Source: an uncultured Bacteroidota bacterium
GTDB lineage: Bacteria > Bacteroidota > Ignavibacteria > UBA10030 > UBA6906
Length of the DNA stretch: 64,000 bases
Assembly (NCBI GenBank): GCA_963700635.1
Contig: CAVOYH010000003.1
Location: 512,001 to 576,000, forward strand
Reading direction: 5' to 3'
The notes below the pieces were generated by a model. It saw nothing but the letters and a program-made list of their open reading frames with translations. It was not told the origin of the DNA and searched no databases. The position numbers were made by a program, and so were the translations under genes. Each line of letters starts with the position of its first letter. Position 1 is the stretch's first letter. Shown piece after piece: positions 36,395-45,138 of this stretch.

Positions 36395-38467
36395 TCACCT
36401 GTCGAGAAACCGCTCCTTGAATGTTGGCGTCGTTCCCGCCATCTTCAGAAACACGTCCAGCGGTACGACTTCAAAATCCGGTCCGAGTTTGTCAAGAATT
36501 CCTTTGACACGCCTGATATCACTCCATTGGCGTACGTGCAGCACGAGGAAGTAGGGTCTGGTGGAATTCATCGCAGCCAGCTCACGCAAATCAGCAACGG
36601 CTTCCGCTTCAGGGCGTGTTTCGGAAAGATAATAGTCAAAAGAGAGCAACGGCCGGCCATTGCGTACGGTAAACGTATGGGAGGGAGCGTAGCCGTTTAC
36701 GAATCCTATGGCCTCGGGCATGCCGTCGTAAAATGCATCGACAACTTCGCGGGTAAGCTCGGAGTTCCCCTCCACTGTTGCCCCTTCCGAGTAGTCCATG
36801 ATCTCAAACACGTTGAGGTCCAGCTGTTCCATCAGCTCACGGGCCTTCGCCACCGCCTGGGGCAGATACTGTTTGGGAATCGCTTTGGGGTACATGTACC
36901 CGGGTCCTCCCAAGGAACCGATAAAATAATCATTCGGTGTAGCCATGCTGTAAAAGTACTCCAGCATCGTAGGAGCGAGCCAGACCCAGTTCATGGTGAC
37001 TTCCCAGGCATAGGGAATTTCACCCCTGCCGGGTTTGACCCAGGCACCCAGGCCGAGACAATCGGTCTGAATACATGCTATGTACACCTTCTTGCCCGGC
37101 GTGTATGTGACGCCGGGTTGTACCTGATGGTTGTTCTTGAACGTGAAACCGGGCGTGAGCGAGGTCTGACTGCTAAAACTCATATTGGGCAGGGTATGCA
37201 ATCCCTCAACCCGGAGAGCATAACTGGACGCAAGCCTGACGTGGTCGCGTTCTTTGTCTTTCGCGTATGAATGCCAGCCCATCACCAGCGACATGGGTGG
37301 CATTTCACTCATGATACGTTTGGCCAGCGCGTACTCTTCTGTGTCTTCGGTCTTTGTGGAAAGGTCCGTGAAAAAAGCCTTTTTCAGGATGCCAAAGTCA
37401 GCGACTCCGGGCTTCATGATGTTCCCGTGCTCGCCACCCATCCAGACCACAACATCCCGGCTGCAACGATCCCAGTACCGATCATACGCCCACTGAAAGA
37501 TCTGCGCGTCACTTTTACCTGTGAACTTGCCCCGCAAATCTGCAACCTGTTTCAGGCCGGCTTGTTCCGCCATGGGGATAAGGTCGTCGGTCACCACGAT
37601 GGCCTTCTCCAGTCCGGCAACGGTAAATGCCACGATGAGCGAAGTCCGGACTTTTTTATCCCATACCACATACCCTTTCACAAACTGTTTCAGGGTCTGC
37701 AGCGCACTTTCCGGCGTCTTGAGTTCCGTAAATGTGTACTGATGTTTGTTGCTGTAGTACTCGAGCACAGAGGGGGTGAACAGAAAATCCCATTTTTCGG
37801 GATACACAAAATAGAGCCGTGGGGCCCCGCCGTTGGCTATTCCCTGCAGACTGATGAGCATGGCCTGAAGGGGAAGTTTTCCGTCAATAGCCCAGTTGTC
37901 GGCAAGCTTCATCATGTATGCCCTGCGGAGATTCTCCTTTGTAAACGTATATGTCGTTGTTGCGTTCTCCGGCCGCGTTGGACGGCGGAGTTTCCAGGTC
38001 AGAATGGTATTGTTCTCCGAAAGTTCGAACCGGTGCTCGGTTTCCAGGTTTATTTTGCCTTGTGAGACCAGCAGCGGATACCGCTCGTTGAGTACCAGTG
38101 CTCCTGTCTTGCCCTCCCACCGGGCAGTAAGTTCACGCATTGAACCAGGTTGCAGCGAGACACCCATGAAGACATTGCTCGGCCACACCCTGTTACGTAC
38201 GGGTACCCGGTGAACGGTCCCATCTGTAGGGAGTGTCACCGTGTCGCGGAATGCGCGTGCACCTCCCCACGACTGCATGATCGTGACGCTTCCGGGAGTG
38301 CTTGAGATCTTCAGGGCAACCGTGGTATACAGTCCGATTTCAGAACTCCGTTCCGGCAGCATTTTCCATTCTCCCTCAATGCCGGAGCTCTGCTGTGCGG
38401 GAAGCGAGCCCGCGAGGGTGATGAGAAGGAACAACGTGAGACGGGATACTCTGGGCATTCTCTTCAT
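36395..38467 (-). CDS. Exported GxGYxYP-family putative glycoside hydrolase (paralog 2)
   Basis: SLQGIAN, VKGYVVWD, VMGWH, PNMSF, RGEIPYAW, YFYSMATPNDYF and GPGYMYP motifs. Confidence 0.85.
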   Translation of the reverse strand: MKRMPRVSRLTLFLLITLAGSLPAQQSSGIEGEWKMLPERSSEIGLYTTVALKISSTPGSVTIMQSWGGARAFRDTVTLPTDGTVHRVPVRNRVWPSNVFMGVSLQPGSMRELTARWEGKTGALVLNERYPLLVSQGKINLETEHRFELSENNTILTWKLRRPTRPENATTTYTFTKENLRRAYMMKLADNWAIDGKLPLQAMLISLQGIANGGAPRLYFVYPEKWDFLFTPSVLEYYSNKHQYTFTELKTPESALQTLKQFVKGYVVWDKKVRTSLIVAFTVAGLEKAIVVTDDLIPMAEQAGLKQVADLRGKFTGKSDAQIFQWAYDRYWDRCSRDVVVWMGGEHGNIMKPGVADFGILKKAFFTDLSTKTEDTEEYALAKRIMSEMPPMSLVMGWHSYAKDKERDHVRLASSYALRVEGLHTLPNMSFSSQTSLTPGFTFKNNHQVQPGVTYTPGKKVYIACIQTDCLGLGAWVKPGRGEIPYAWEVTMNWVWLAPTMLEYFYSMATPNDYFIGSLGGPGYMYPKAIPKQYLPQAVAKARELMEQLDLNVFEIMDYSEGATVEGNSELTREVVDAFYDGMPEAIGFVNGYAPSHTFTVRNGRPLLSFDYYLSETRPEAEAVADLRELAAMNSTRPYFLVLHVRQWSDIRRVKGILDKLGPDFEVVPLDVFLKMAGTTPTFKERFLDR

Positions 38468-38484
38468 TATCTACCTGCCTTGCT

Positions 38485-40551
38485 TTATCGTTGAGTGGGT
38501 TGTGTTTTATAACGCTCCTGGAATGTCGGGGCTTTCCCCGCCATGGAGAGAAAGACATCCAGGGGAATAACGGCAAACTCGGGTCCCAGTTTGTCCAGAA
38601 TTCCCTTTACGCGTTTGATGTCACTTGATTCGCGAACGTGAACAAGCAGGAAATAGGGACGTCCCGCGTTGACGCGTGCGAGTTCCTGGAGATCGGTAAT
38701 TGCATCCGCTTCCGGACGAGACGGAGAAAGATAATAATCATAGGACATGAACGGTCTCCCGTCTTTTACCGCGAAGGTGTGAGAGGGAGCATATCCGTTG
38801 ATGAACCCGATTGCCTCGGGCATACCGTCGTAGTACATTGTCACGACCTCTTCAGGGAGATCGGTGTTCCCTTCCACCGTCGCGCCCTCAGAGTAATCCA
38901 TCGTCTCGAACACCCTGAGATCCAGAACCTTCATCTGGTCTCGGGCTGTGGCGATAAGTTGCTTGAGAAGGTGGGGGGGGACGGCCTTGGGATACAGGTA
39001 TCCGGGCCCTGAAAGACAGCCGACGAAATAGTCGTTGGGTGTTGCCATGGAGTAGAAAAACTCCACCATCGCAGGTGCCATCCACGTGTAATTCATCAGC
39101 ACTTCCCATGCGTAAGGTACCTCCCCGCGGCCGGGTTTGAGCCAGGCTCCCAACCCTATCCCATCGGTTTGAACGCAGGTTATATACACCTTCTTTTCCG
39201 GTACCGGAGTCTTCCCGGGCACGAGAGTGTGGTTGTTTTTGTACACAAATCCCGGTGAAGCCGGTACCTGTGCGCTGAAACTGAGGTTCGGTAGTGTGTG
39301 TAATCCCTCCACACGATGGCCGTACCGCGACGTAAGCTTAACATGTTCCCGCTCGAGGTCTTTTGCGTACGAGTGCCATCCCATCACCATGGACATCGGC
39401 TTCATTTCAGCGAGGAGTGTGTTGGCAAGTGCATATTCCACGGTATCCGTGACGCGGCTTGAAAGGTCGTTAAAGAACACCTCTTTGTGGATGCCCCAAT
39501 CGGCGACACCGGGTTTCATGATTGAACCGTGCTCGCCTCCAAGCCACACAATGAACTCCTTGTTGCAGCGTTTCCAGTACCGATCGTATGCCCACCGGTA
39601 GATCTGCGCATCGTTCTGTCCGGAGAATTTCCCGCGGAAATCCTCGATGAGTTTGAGCCCCGCTTTTTCGACCAGCGGAATCAGGTCTTCATTCACCACC
39701 ACCGCGCGCTCGAGTCCGGCAACCGTAAACGCCACAATGAGTGATGTGCGTACCGTCTTGTCCCACACCACGTACCCTTTTACATGGCTCTTCAGCGCTG
39801 AAAGGGCCTCTTCTGCCGACCGGAGTTCCCGGAACGAGTAATGCCGCGTGTCGCGGTAGAAGCCATACACCGACCGCACGTATGTGAACGGCCAGTTTTC
39901 GGGATACAGAATGTAGACAAGGGGGCCGCTCTTGTTTGCTATTCCCTGGAGGCTGATGAGAAACGCGTTTACCGGAAGTTTTCCGTTTATCTCCCAGTTG
40001 TCTTCAAGTGAAATCACATAGGCCTGCTTCCACCCCGTCCGTTTCATCAGAAATTTCACGGCTGGTTGAGAAGGACGGGTTGACCGCTGAATCACGTACG
40101 TCAGGATCTCCCCTTCCGGGGACAGGCTGAAATGATGTGTCGCCGTTGCCTTTGACTCTCCCTGCGAACCCCTGATGGTGTAGCTCTCCTCTACCTGAAC
40201 GCCACTGGTGTTGCGGATCGCACGGACAGTCCGGACCGAACCGGTGACCATCGAAAGGCCCATAAACACATTCGAAGGGAACACCCTGTCGGTGACCGGC
40301 ACGGCAACCGAAGCCCCGCTCATCGGCAGGACAAGGGAATCAACAAAGCGGCGCGACGTTCCAAATTGTCGGACCAGCGTAAGATGTGAGGACGTTGAGG
40401 TGATCCGCACAGAGAGTGATCCATAGAGGTCGATATCCGTACTCTTTTCCGGCATGGCTTCCCAGGTCCCATCCAGCGAAGGCATCGATGGAGAAGCGAG
40501 CACCGGCTGGGTGGCGCACAGGAGAAGAAGTAGGCAGAGTGTGTGTCTCAT
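38485..40551 (-). CDS. Exported GxGYxYP-family putative glycoside hydrolase (paralog 1)
   Basis: Start reassigned to MRHTLCLLL (40551). Same motif series, with GPGYLYP. Confidence 0.85.
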   Translation of the reverse strand: MRHTLCLLLLLCATQPVLASPSMPSLDGTWEAMPEKSTDIDLYGSLSVRITSTSSHLTLVRQFGTSRRFVDSLVLPMSGASVAVPVTDRVFPSNVFMGLSMVTGSVRTVRAIRNTSGVQVEESYTIRGSQGESKATATHHFSLSPEGEILTYVIQRSTRPSQPAVKFLMKRTGWKQAYVISLEDNWEINGKLPVNAFLISLQGIANKSGPLVYILYPENWPFTYVRSVYGFYRDTRHYSFRELRSAEEALSALKSHVKGYVVWDKTVRTSLIVAFTVAGLERAVVVNEDLIPLVEKAGLKLIEDFRGKFSGQNDAQIYRWAYDRYWKRCNKEFIVWLGGEHGSIMKPGVADWGIHKEVFFNDLSSRVTDTVEYALANTLLAEMKPMSMVMGWHSYAKDLEREHVKLTSRYGHRVEGLHTLPNLSFSAQVPASPGFVYKNNHTLVPGKTPVPEKKVYITCVQTDGIGLGAWLKPGRGEVPYAWEVLMNYTWMAPAMVEFFYSMATPNDYFVGCLSGPGYLYPKAVPPHLLKQLIATARDQMKVLDLRVFETMDYSEGATVEGNTDLPEEVVTMYYDGMPEAIGFINGYAPSHTFAVKDGRPFMSYDYYLSPSRPEADAITDLQELARVNAGRPYFLLVHVRESSDIKRVKGILDKLGPEFAVIPLDVFLSMAGKAPTFQERYKTQPTQR

Positions 40552-40600
40552 GGGACAGGTCCTTTGTACTGTGAATCCTTCGAGAAACGTCGGTCGAGGA

Positions 40601-41689
40601 CTACGTCGTCTCCCGGGCGCGTGTTGCAGCGGAACGGTCAAATATTTCTTCCCGGGTTACACCGGCGGCGGCATACATTGCGAAGATATTCTCTGGAGGT
40701 GTCTCGGGAGGAATGGTATGCGAGGCGGCAAGAATATAGCCACCGCCGTCGGCGGTCATGACATCAATCAGCTCACGGGTGACCCGGTACACCTCGCCAG
40801 GGGTTCCTTTGGGCAATAGTTCGATCGTGTCAACACCGCCCATATAACTCAGCGCTGATCCAAAATCCTGTTTGAGAGCAGCGGGGTCCATGCCTTTGCA
40901 ATTATGCTGAATCGGGTTGAGGACACCAATTCCGATTTCAATCAAATCGGGGATAATGTCCCGCATTGCTCCGCAACAATGATAGGCGACCGGCAGGCCG
41001 TGGCGCACGCCAACGTCCACAATGCGGGCCAGATGGGGTTTGATGAGCGCACGCCACTGGCGCGGATTCATGATCAGGCATTCCTGTCCCGCCACATCGT
41101 CGCCTGTCCAGAACCAGTCCAGGGGCAGACCGGAACATGCTGCTTCACCGAGGGCGACCGAAAAGTCTGCAGCGTGTTCAAACATCACGGCAGAAGTATC
41201 AGGCTGAAGGGCAAGGTCTTCTATGGTCTGCTCCATACCACGCACTCTGCACAGAAGCTCAAAAAGACAGGGAGAAATATCACATCCGATAAACCATTCC
41301 GCGGCAAACGGGCGGAGCGGTTCCAGCAGTGCCACAAGTTCAGGGATCGCATCATGAGGGAACCGGTAGGCTCCCGCTTCTCGTGTATCGGCGTGAGCGA
41401 GAGGCGAGTGGAGGACCTGGTTGAATGAGCCTTCCTTGATCCAGGTGATACCCCATGCATCGGTATGAGTCTCCCCGTCGTGTTTGTGAACAATCCCCTC
41501 CATCGCGTAATTATTGCCGACCCATACCTGGCGGATATCATTTCCGAGCACCTCGCCGACAGCAGCCGGCGGAATGCCGAGGTATCCGGCAAGACGGTCA
41601 TTCGTATCAGGGTGGAACCACATAAAGATGGGAACCCGATCGACCGGCCGGCGTCGTAATGCCGCATGCACGCGTGCTTTCGGAGTCAT
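40601..41689 (-). CDS. Uroporphyrinogen decarboxylase-family / MtaA-CmuA-like protein
   Basis: MTPKARV..AL....DRVP, DAWG, RGME, GDDVAGQ, YHCCG, LNPIQ, GGVDT and GGYILAASH motifs; lacks the HemE RQAGR motif. Confidence 0.85.
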   Translation of the reverse strand: MTPKARVHAALRRRPVDRVPIFMWFHPDTNDRLAGYLGIPPAAVGEVLGNDIRQVWVGNNYAMEGIVHKHDGETHTDAWGITWIKEGSFNQVLHSPLAHADTREAGAYRFPHDAIPELVALLEPLRPFAAEWFIGCDISPCLFELLCRVRGMEQTIEDLALQPDTSAVMFEHAADFSVALGEAACSGLPLDWFWTGDDVAGQECLIMNPRQWRALIKPHLARIVDVGVRHGLPVAYHCCGAMRDIIPDLIEIGIGVLNPIQHNCKGMDPAALKQDFGSALSYMGGVDTIELLPKGTPGEVYRVTRELIDVMTADGGGYILAASHTIPPETPPENIFAMYAAAGVTREEIFDRSAATRARETT

Positions 41690-42432
41690 CGTTTGCTGAA
41701 CCGCTCCAGGAAAAGTTGATCGTCCGGTGTCAGGCTATCCTGGCCACCTGTTTCGAGTTTGGCCAGGATACGTTCGAGTTCTGCGCGGTTTACCTCGTGC
41801 AGTGTGTTTCTATCAATACTCTTCCAGCGCTCCAGGTCAGACTTCCTGAACGATACGTCCGGCGGGTGAGGGTGGATTTGCCGGTCACCCACCCTCGCTT
41901 CCCGCAAGCGGAGGAAAATATATCCCCCAAGAAAACCTCCCAGATGGGCAAAATGGGCGATGTTGCCACCGCCGCTGATCCCGCCGAACACTGAAAGTGC
42001 CGTCATCATGACAACGAGCCACCGCGCTTCAATCGGTATGATCCCCCAGATCATGATGTTTTCACGCGGCCAGAAACGCGCAAATGCGAGAAACACGCCA
42101 TACACGGCACCGGAAGCGCCGACAATCGCGGCGTACGGGGTCATGAAGGACAACAACGCCCCTGCTATGCCGCTGACAAAGTACAGATAGAGAAAATCCT
42201 TTCGCCCCATTTCTTCTTCCAGGCGGGGACCAAAAAAGAACAATCCGAGCATGTTGAAGAGGAGATGGAATGTGCCATCGTGAAGAAACATATAACTGGC
42301 CAGGGTCCACGGACGCTCAAGGAGTAACGATGGAACCAGCATTAGATACATGGTGATGGCGGGCTGAATCATGGTCAGCACGTACATCACACAATTTGCG
42401 GCAATGAGGCGCATCGTCCAGGACTGCATCAT
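41686..42432 (-). CDS. Rhomboid intramembrane serine protease with a C-terminal helical extension
   Basis: PWTL.SYMFLH, HLLFNM, GASG and AHLGG motifs. Tail ELERILAKL..GG.DSLT resembles DUF6576. Confidence 0.93.
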   Translation of the reverse strand: MMQSWTMRLIAANCVMYVLTMIQPAITMYLMLVPSLLLERPWTLASYMFLHDGTFHLLFNMLGLFFFGPRLEEEMGRKDFLYLYFVSGIAGALLSFMTPYAAIVGASGAVYGVFLAFARFWPRENIMIWGIIPIEARWLVVMMTALSVFGGISGGGNIAHFAHLGGFLGGYIFLRLREARVGDRQIHPHPPDVSFRKSDLERWKSIDRNTLHEVNRAELERILAKLETGGQDSLTPDDQLFLERFSKR

Positions 42433-44498
42433 CGGACCACCTCGAGTGCCTTTTCAACGGAACGAAGCATTGCGTCAGCTCCGACTTTCGTGCCGACGGC
42501 ATGGTGCATCCAGAGGTCAGGCGCAACGCTGCCGAATGTTGTCATCCGTTCCACCTCCGCGGCAATATTCCCCGCCTTGCTGATATGGTCTTCGACCTGA
42601 TGCGCGATCAAACGGCCCAGCGGATAATCGGGCAGGTAGAGGAAGGAATGAATCATATGGGAGTAGATTCCCAGCAACACGACGTCCTTTTTTCCGAACA
42701 CCGGTGCATAGTACTTGTTCCAGATCTCTCTGGCGATTTCCAGCGTTGCCGTCTTCAACTGCGAAGGGGTTGCCGCGGGATGGTCGTACATCCAATGCCA
42801 GACCGCCATGTCCACAAGCGCAACCCCTGCAATTTCATAGGCCGACCAGAAATCATTCACCGTCTTGAGCGCTGCGGCCTGCGGGTCGTTGTTGCGCAAT
42901 CCAAGCAGATCCAGGTCCTGCGCCTGGAAGACAAACGCTATGGCTTCGGTAAACGCCGTATTGGGAACGCCCTGCAGGAGCGTGTGGTCAACTTCGTGGA
43001 GCGAGAGCACTTGCTCAACATTGTGACCGAGTTCATGAACAGCAATGTTAAACCCTTTATAGTTCATCCCATTTTTTTCGATACGGGTGCGCAGGTATAC
43101 TTTATCCGAACGCATTGCCGCACCCATGGCGTGTCCTGATCCCCGCGCCGCATCAACCTGAATGTTGTTCGCCAGGAACATGGCACGGTCGTTTGAGAAT
43201 CCGAGCTTTTTCAGAATGTCCGGGATACCGCGTTCGAACGCAGCAGCATCGGGGTATTTCGCCGCAACAATCCTGTCGAGTTCCTCTTCCGGGTATTGCC
43301 CCTTCGGCCGGAAACCGTTGTACCAGATGTCAAATGGTTCCAGCGGACGACCCAGCCTGGCCGCGATGAGTGCGCCCACCCGCCGGACAGCACTGGATGA
43401 GACGACCTGTTCCAGCATTGCTTTGAAGCGGGGTTCCGGAATTTCCCTGTTCTCATCAAACCGCCGCGCAATCAGCGTCGGGGCCGCGGGAGAATATGGA
43501 TCGGCTTGTTTTGCGGCAAGAAAAGTGTTCAGGAGAACGGCATACCGGGTGTCGGGCTCCGCCGCTCCCGAGACCGGCAAGGATTGTTTTGCCGGCACAT
43601 CGCCGTCGTGCACAGGTGAAGCCATAACGGTGTTTGTGAACGGATTCCAGTCGACATAGGGATTGTTCACTACGGCGCCGGGGATAGTCTGCAATACGAT
43701 ATGTTCCATCACCTTCTGGATCAATCGTTGCCGTTCGAGCCCCTCGTTTCCTCCGCGGTAGTCGGCCTTGATCTGATCGCGGAGGTTCCAGTGCGACAGC
43801 AGTCGCATTCCGGCCGGAAACGGGCGCTGCCCGCGGTTGTCCAGCAGGTGATGCATCCAGATATTGTACTCTGCGATATACTGGTCGGACTCAGCACCGG
43901 CACGGGCAATGGCGAGGTTCACGGAAGCAGGGACACGTTTTCCGAACCGTTGTGCCAGCCGCGCTTCAGCCCACTGTCGGCGTGTCCACCCGCCACCCTC
44001 TGCCAACCGCTGTTCGAGTGTTGTGAGTGGGAAATTTAGCAGGACCGTAAACGCCAATTTGTTCGCAAAAAAATCGTCAGCAACGTGTGCCGCCGGATCG
44101 TATCCGGCAAACACTTCATCAAAGGGCAGGATGGGGCCGAGCTCGAGGTCTGCTTGCCTCCGGAACTCCCGCCCGACCGCGGTCGTATGTCCATCCAGCA
44201 CCTCAAGTAACCGTTCGAATCTGAATAACATGCTGTCGAGTGTCACCTGGTCACCGGCGAAGTGTCGGCGAACAAATACCGCGTATGCTTCCGCATCACC
44301 ATCAGCCGGTTGCCACAACCGGGCGACCTGATTGAGTCCCTGCTGAACGCGTCCGCGTTGGGCTTCACCGTATGTCGCGACCAGCTCTTTTTCCAGTTCC
44401 GTCTGTGTCGTTGCTGTAATGGCATCTTGAGCATAGGTTGTCATCATCCCTCCTGCCAAACCGATAAAGAGCGCCAGTCTGCCCCAGAACCGCACCAT
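42429..44498 (-). CDS. Exported hypothetical protein, putative gluzincin (M3/M32-like) metallopeptidase
   Basis: Start reassigned to 44498 (GGAGG SD). Signal peptide; HELGH followed by AFTEA; late HMIH..LYLPDY. Confidence 0.6.
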   Translation of the reverse strand: MVRFWGRLALFIGLAGGMMTTYAQDAITATTQTELEKELVATYGEAQRGRVQQGLNQVARLWQPADGDAEAYAVFVRRHFAGDQVTLDSMLFRFERLLEVLDGHTTAVGREFRRQADLELGPILPFDEVFAGYDPAAHVADDFFANKLAFTVLLNFPLTTLEQRLAEGGGWTRRQWAEARLAQRFGKRVPASVNLAIARAGAESDQYIAEYNIWMHHLLDNRGQRPFPAGMRLLSHWNLRDQIKADYRGGNEGLERQRLIQKVMEHIVLQTIPGAVVNNPYVDWNPFTNTVMASPVHDGDVPAKQSLPVSGAAEPDTRYAVLLNTFLAAKQADPYSPAAPTLIARRFDENREIPEPRFKAMLEQVVSSSAVRRVGALIAARLGRPLEPFDIWYNGFRPKGQYPEEELDRIVAAKYPDAAAFERGIPDILKKLGFSNDRAMFLANNIQVDAARGSGHAMGAAMRSDKVYLRTRIEKNGMNYKGFNIAVHELGHNVEQVLSLHEVDHTLLQGVPNTAFTEAIAFVFQAQDLDLLGLRNNDPQAAALKTVNDFWSAYEIAGVALVDMAVWHWMYDHPAATPSQLKTATLEIAREIWNKYYAPVFGKKDVVLLGIYSHMIHSFLYLPDYPLGRLIAHQVEDHISKAGNIAAEVERMTTFGSVAPDLWMHHAVGTKVGADAMLRSVEKALEVVR

Positions 44499-44532
44499 AT
44501 GACCTCCATGGATACTGCCTGACATGTACGAT

Positions 44533-45045
44533 TTATTGATTACTTTTTTTTGTGTTGCCCGAACGGGCCTGAAAGAATATTCCCGCGCCCAGAAGGGCAA
44601 AGAACAGAATGGTGCCCAGCCCGGCCTGAACTTCAAGTCCGTTCACCACGAGAAAAGCACCGAACACCGATGAGAGCACTATGAGTGCCCATTTGAGAAT
44701 AAAGAATGCGAGGAGAATCCCGACGGCGGCACAAATGCCCACGGTAATCCAGGGAAACCCCGGCTGCTCCCAGCCGTACTGGGCAGCAAGGAGATACCCG
44801 ATATAACCGCCGCCGAGAAGTCCGGCTACAGCCACGGCTACTTTCTGAATAAAGAACGCAAGAAAGACTCCGATCACTCCACCTGCCAGGGCAACTCCAA
44901 AAAGAACCCCCGCCGGTGAATTCTCAAAAAACCGCGTCACGACGTGAAGCCCTGCAAAGAACCCGATCGCTCCCAGGAAAAGGGCAAGCCCCTTACGCCC
45001 AAACGCAAGTAATGCAACACCGACGACGATTTGAATGATCTGCAT
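44533..45045 (-). CDS. DUF4203-like multi-TM membrane protein
   Basis: Six Gly-rich hydrophobic helices (GFFAG, GGYIG, SSVFGAFLV, GIFFQ). Confidence 0.7.
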   Translation of the reverse strand: MQIIQIVVGVALLAFGRKGLALFLGAIGFFAGLHVVTRFFENSPAGVLFGVALAGGVIGVFLAFFIQKVAVAVAGLLGGGYIGYLLAAQYGWEQPGFPWITVGICAAVGILLAFFILKWALIVLSSVFGAFLVVNGLEVQAGLGTILFFALLGAGIFFQARSGNTKKSNQ

Positions 45046-45138
45046 CTAGGAGTTCCTTGTGTCCGCGGACTCTCACCGCAATGTGTTCCACTCTCCTCAA
45101 AAAAAATGTGCTCTCAGCAGCGTCCTGTGAGCCCGATG

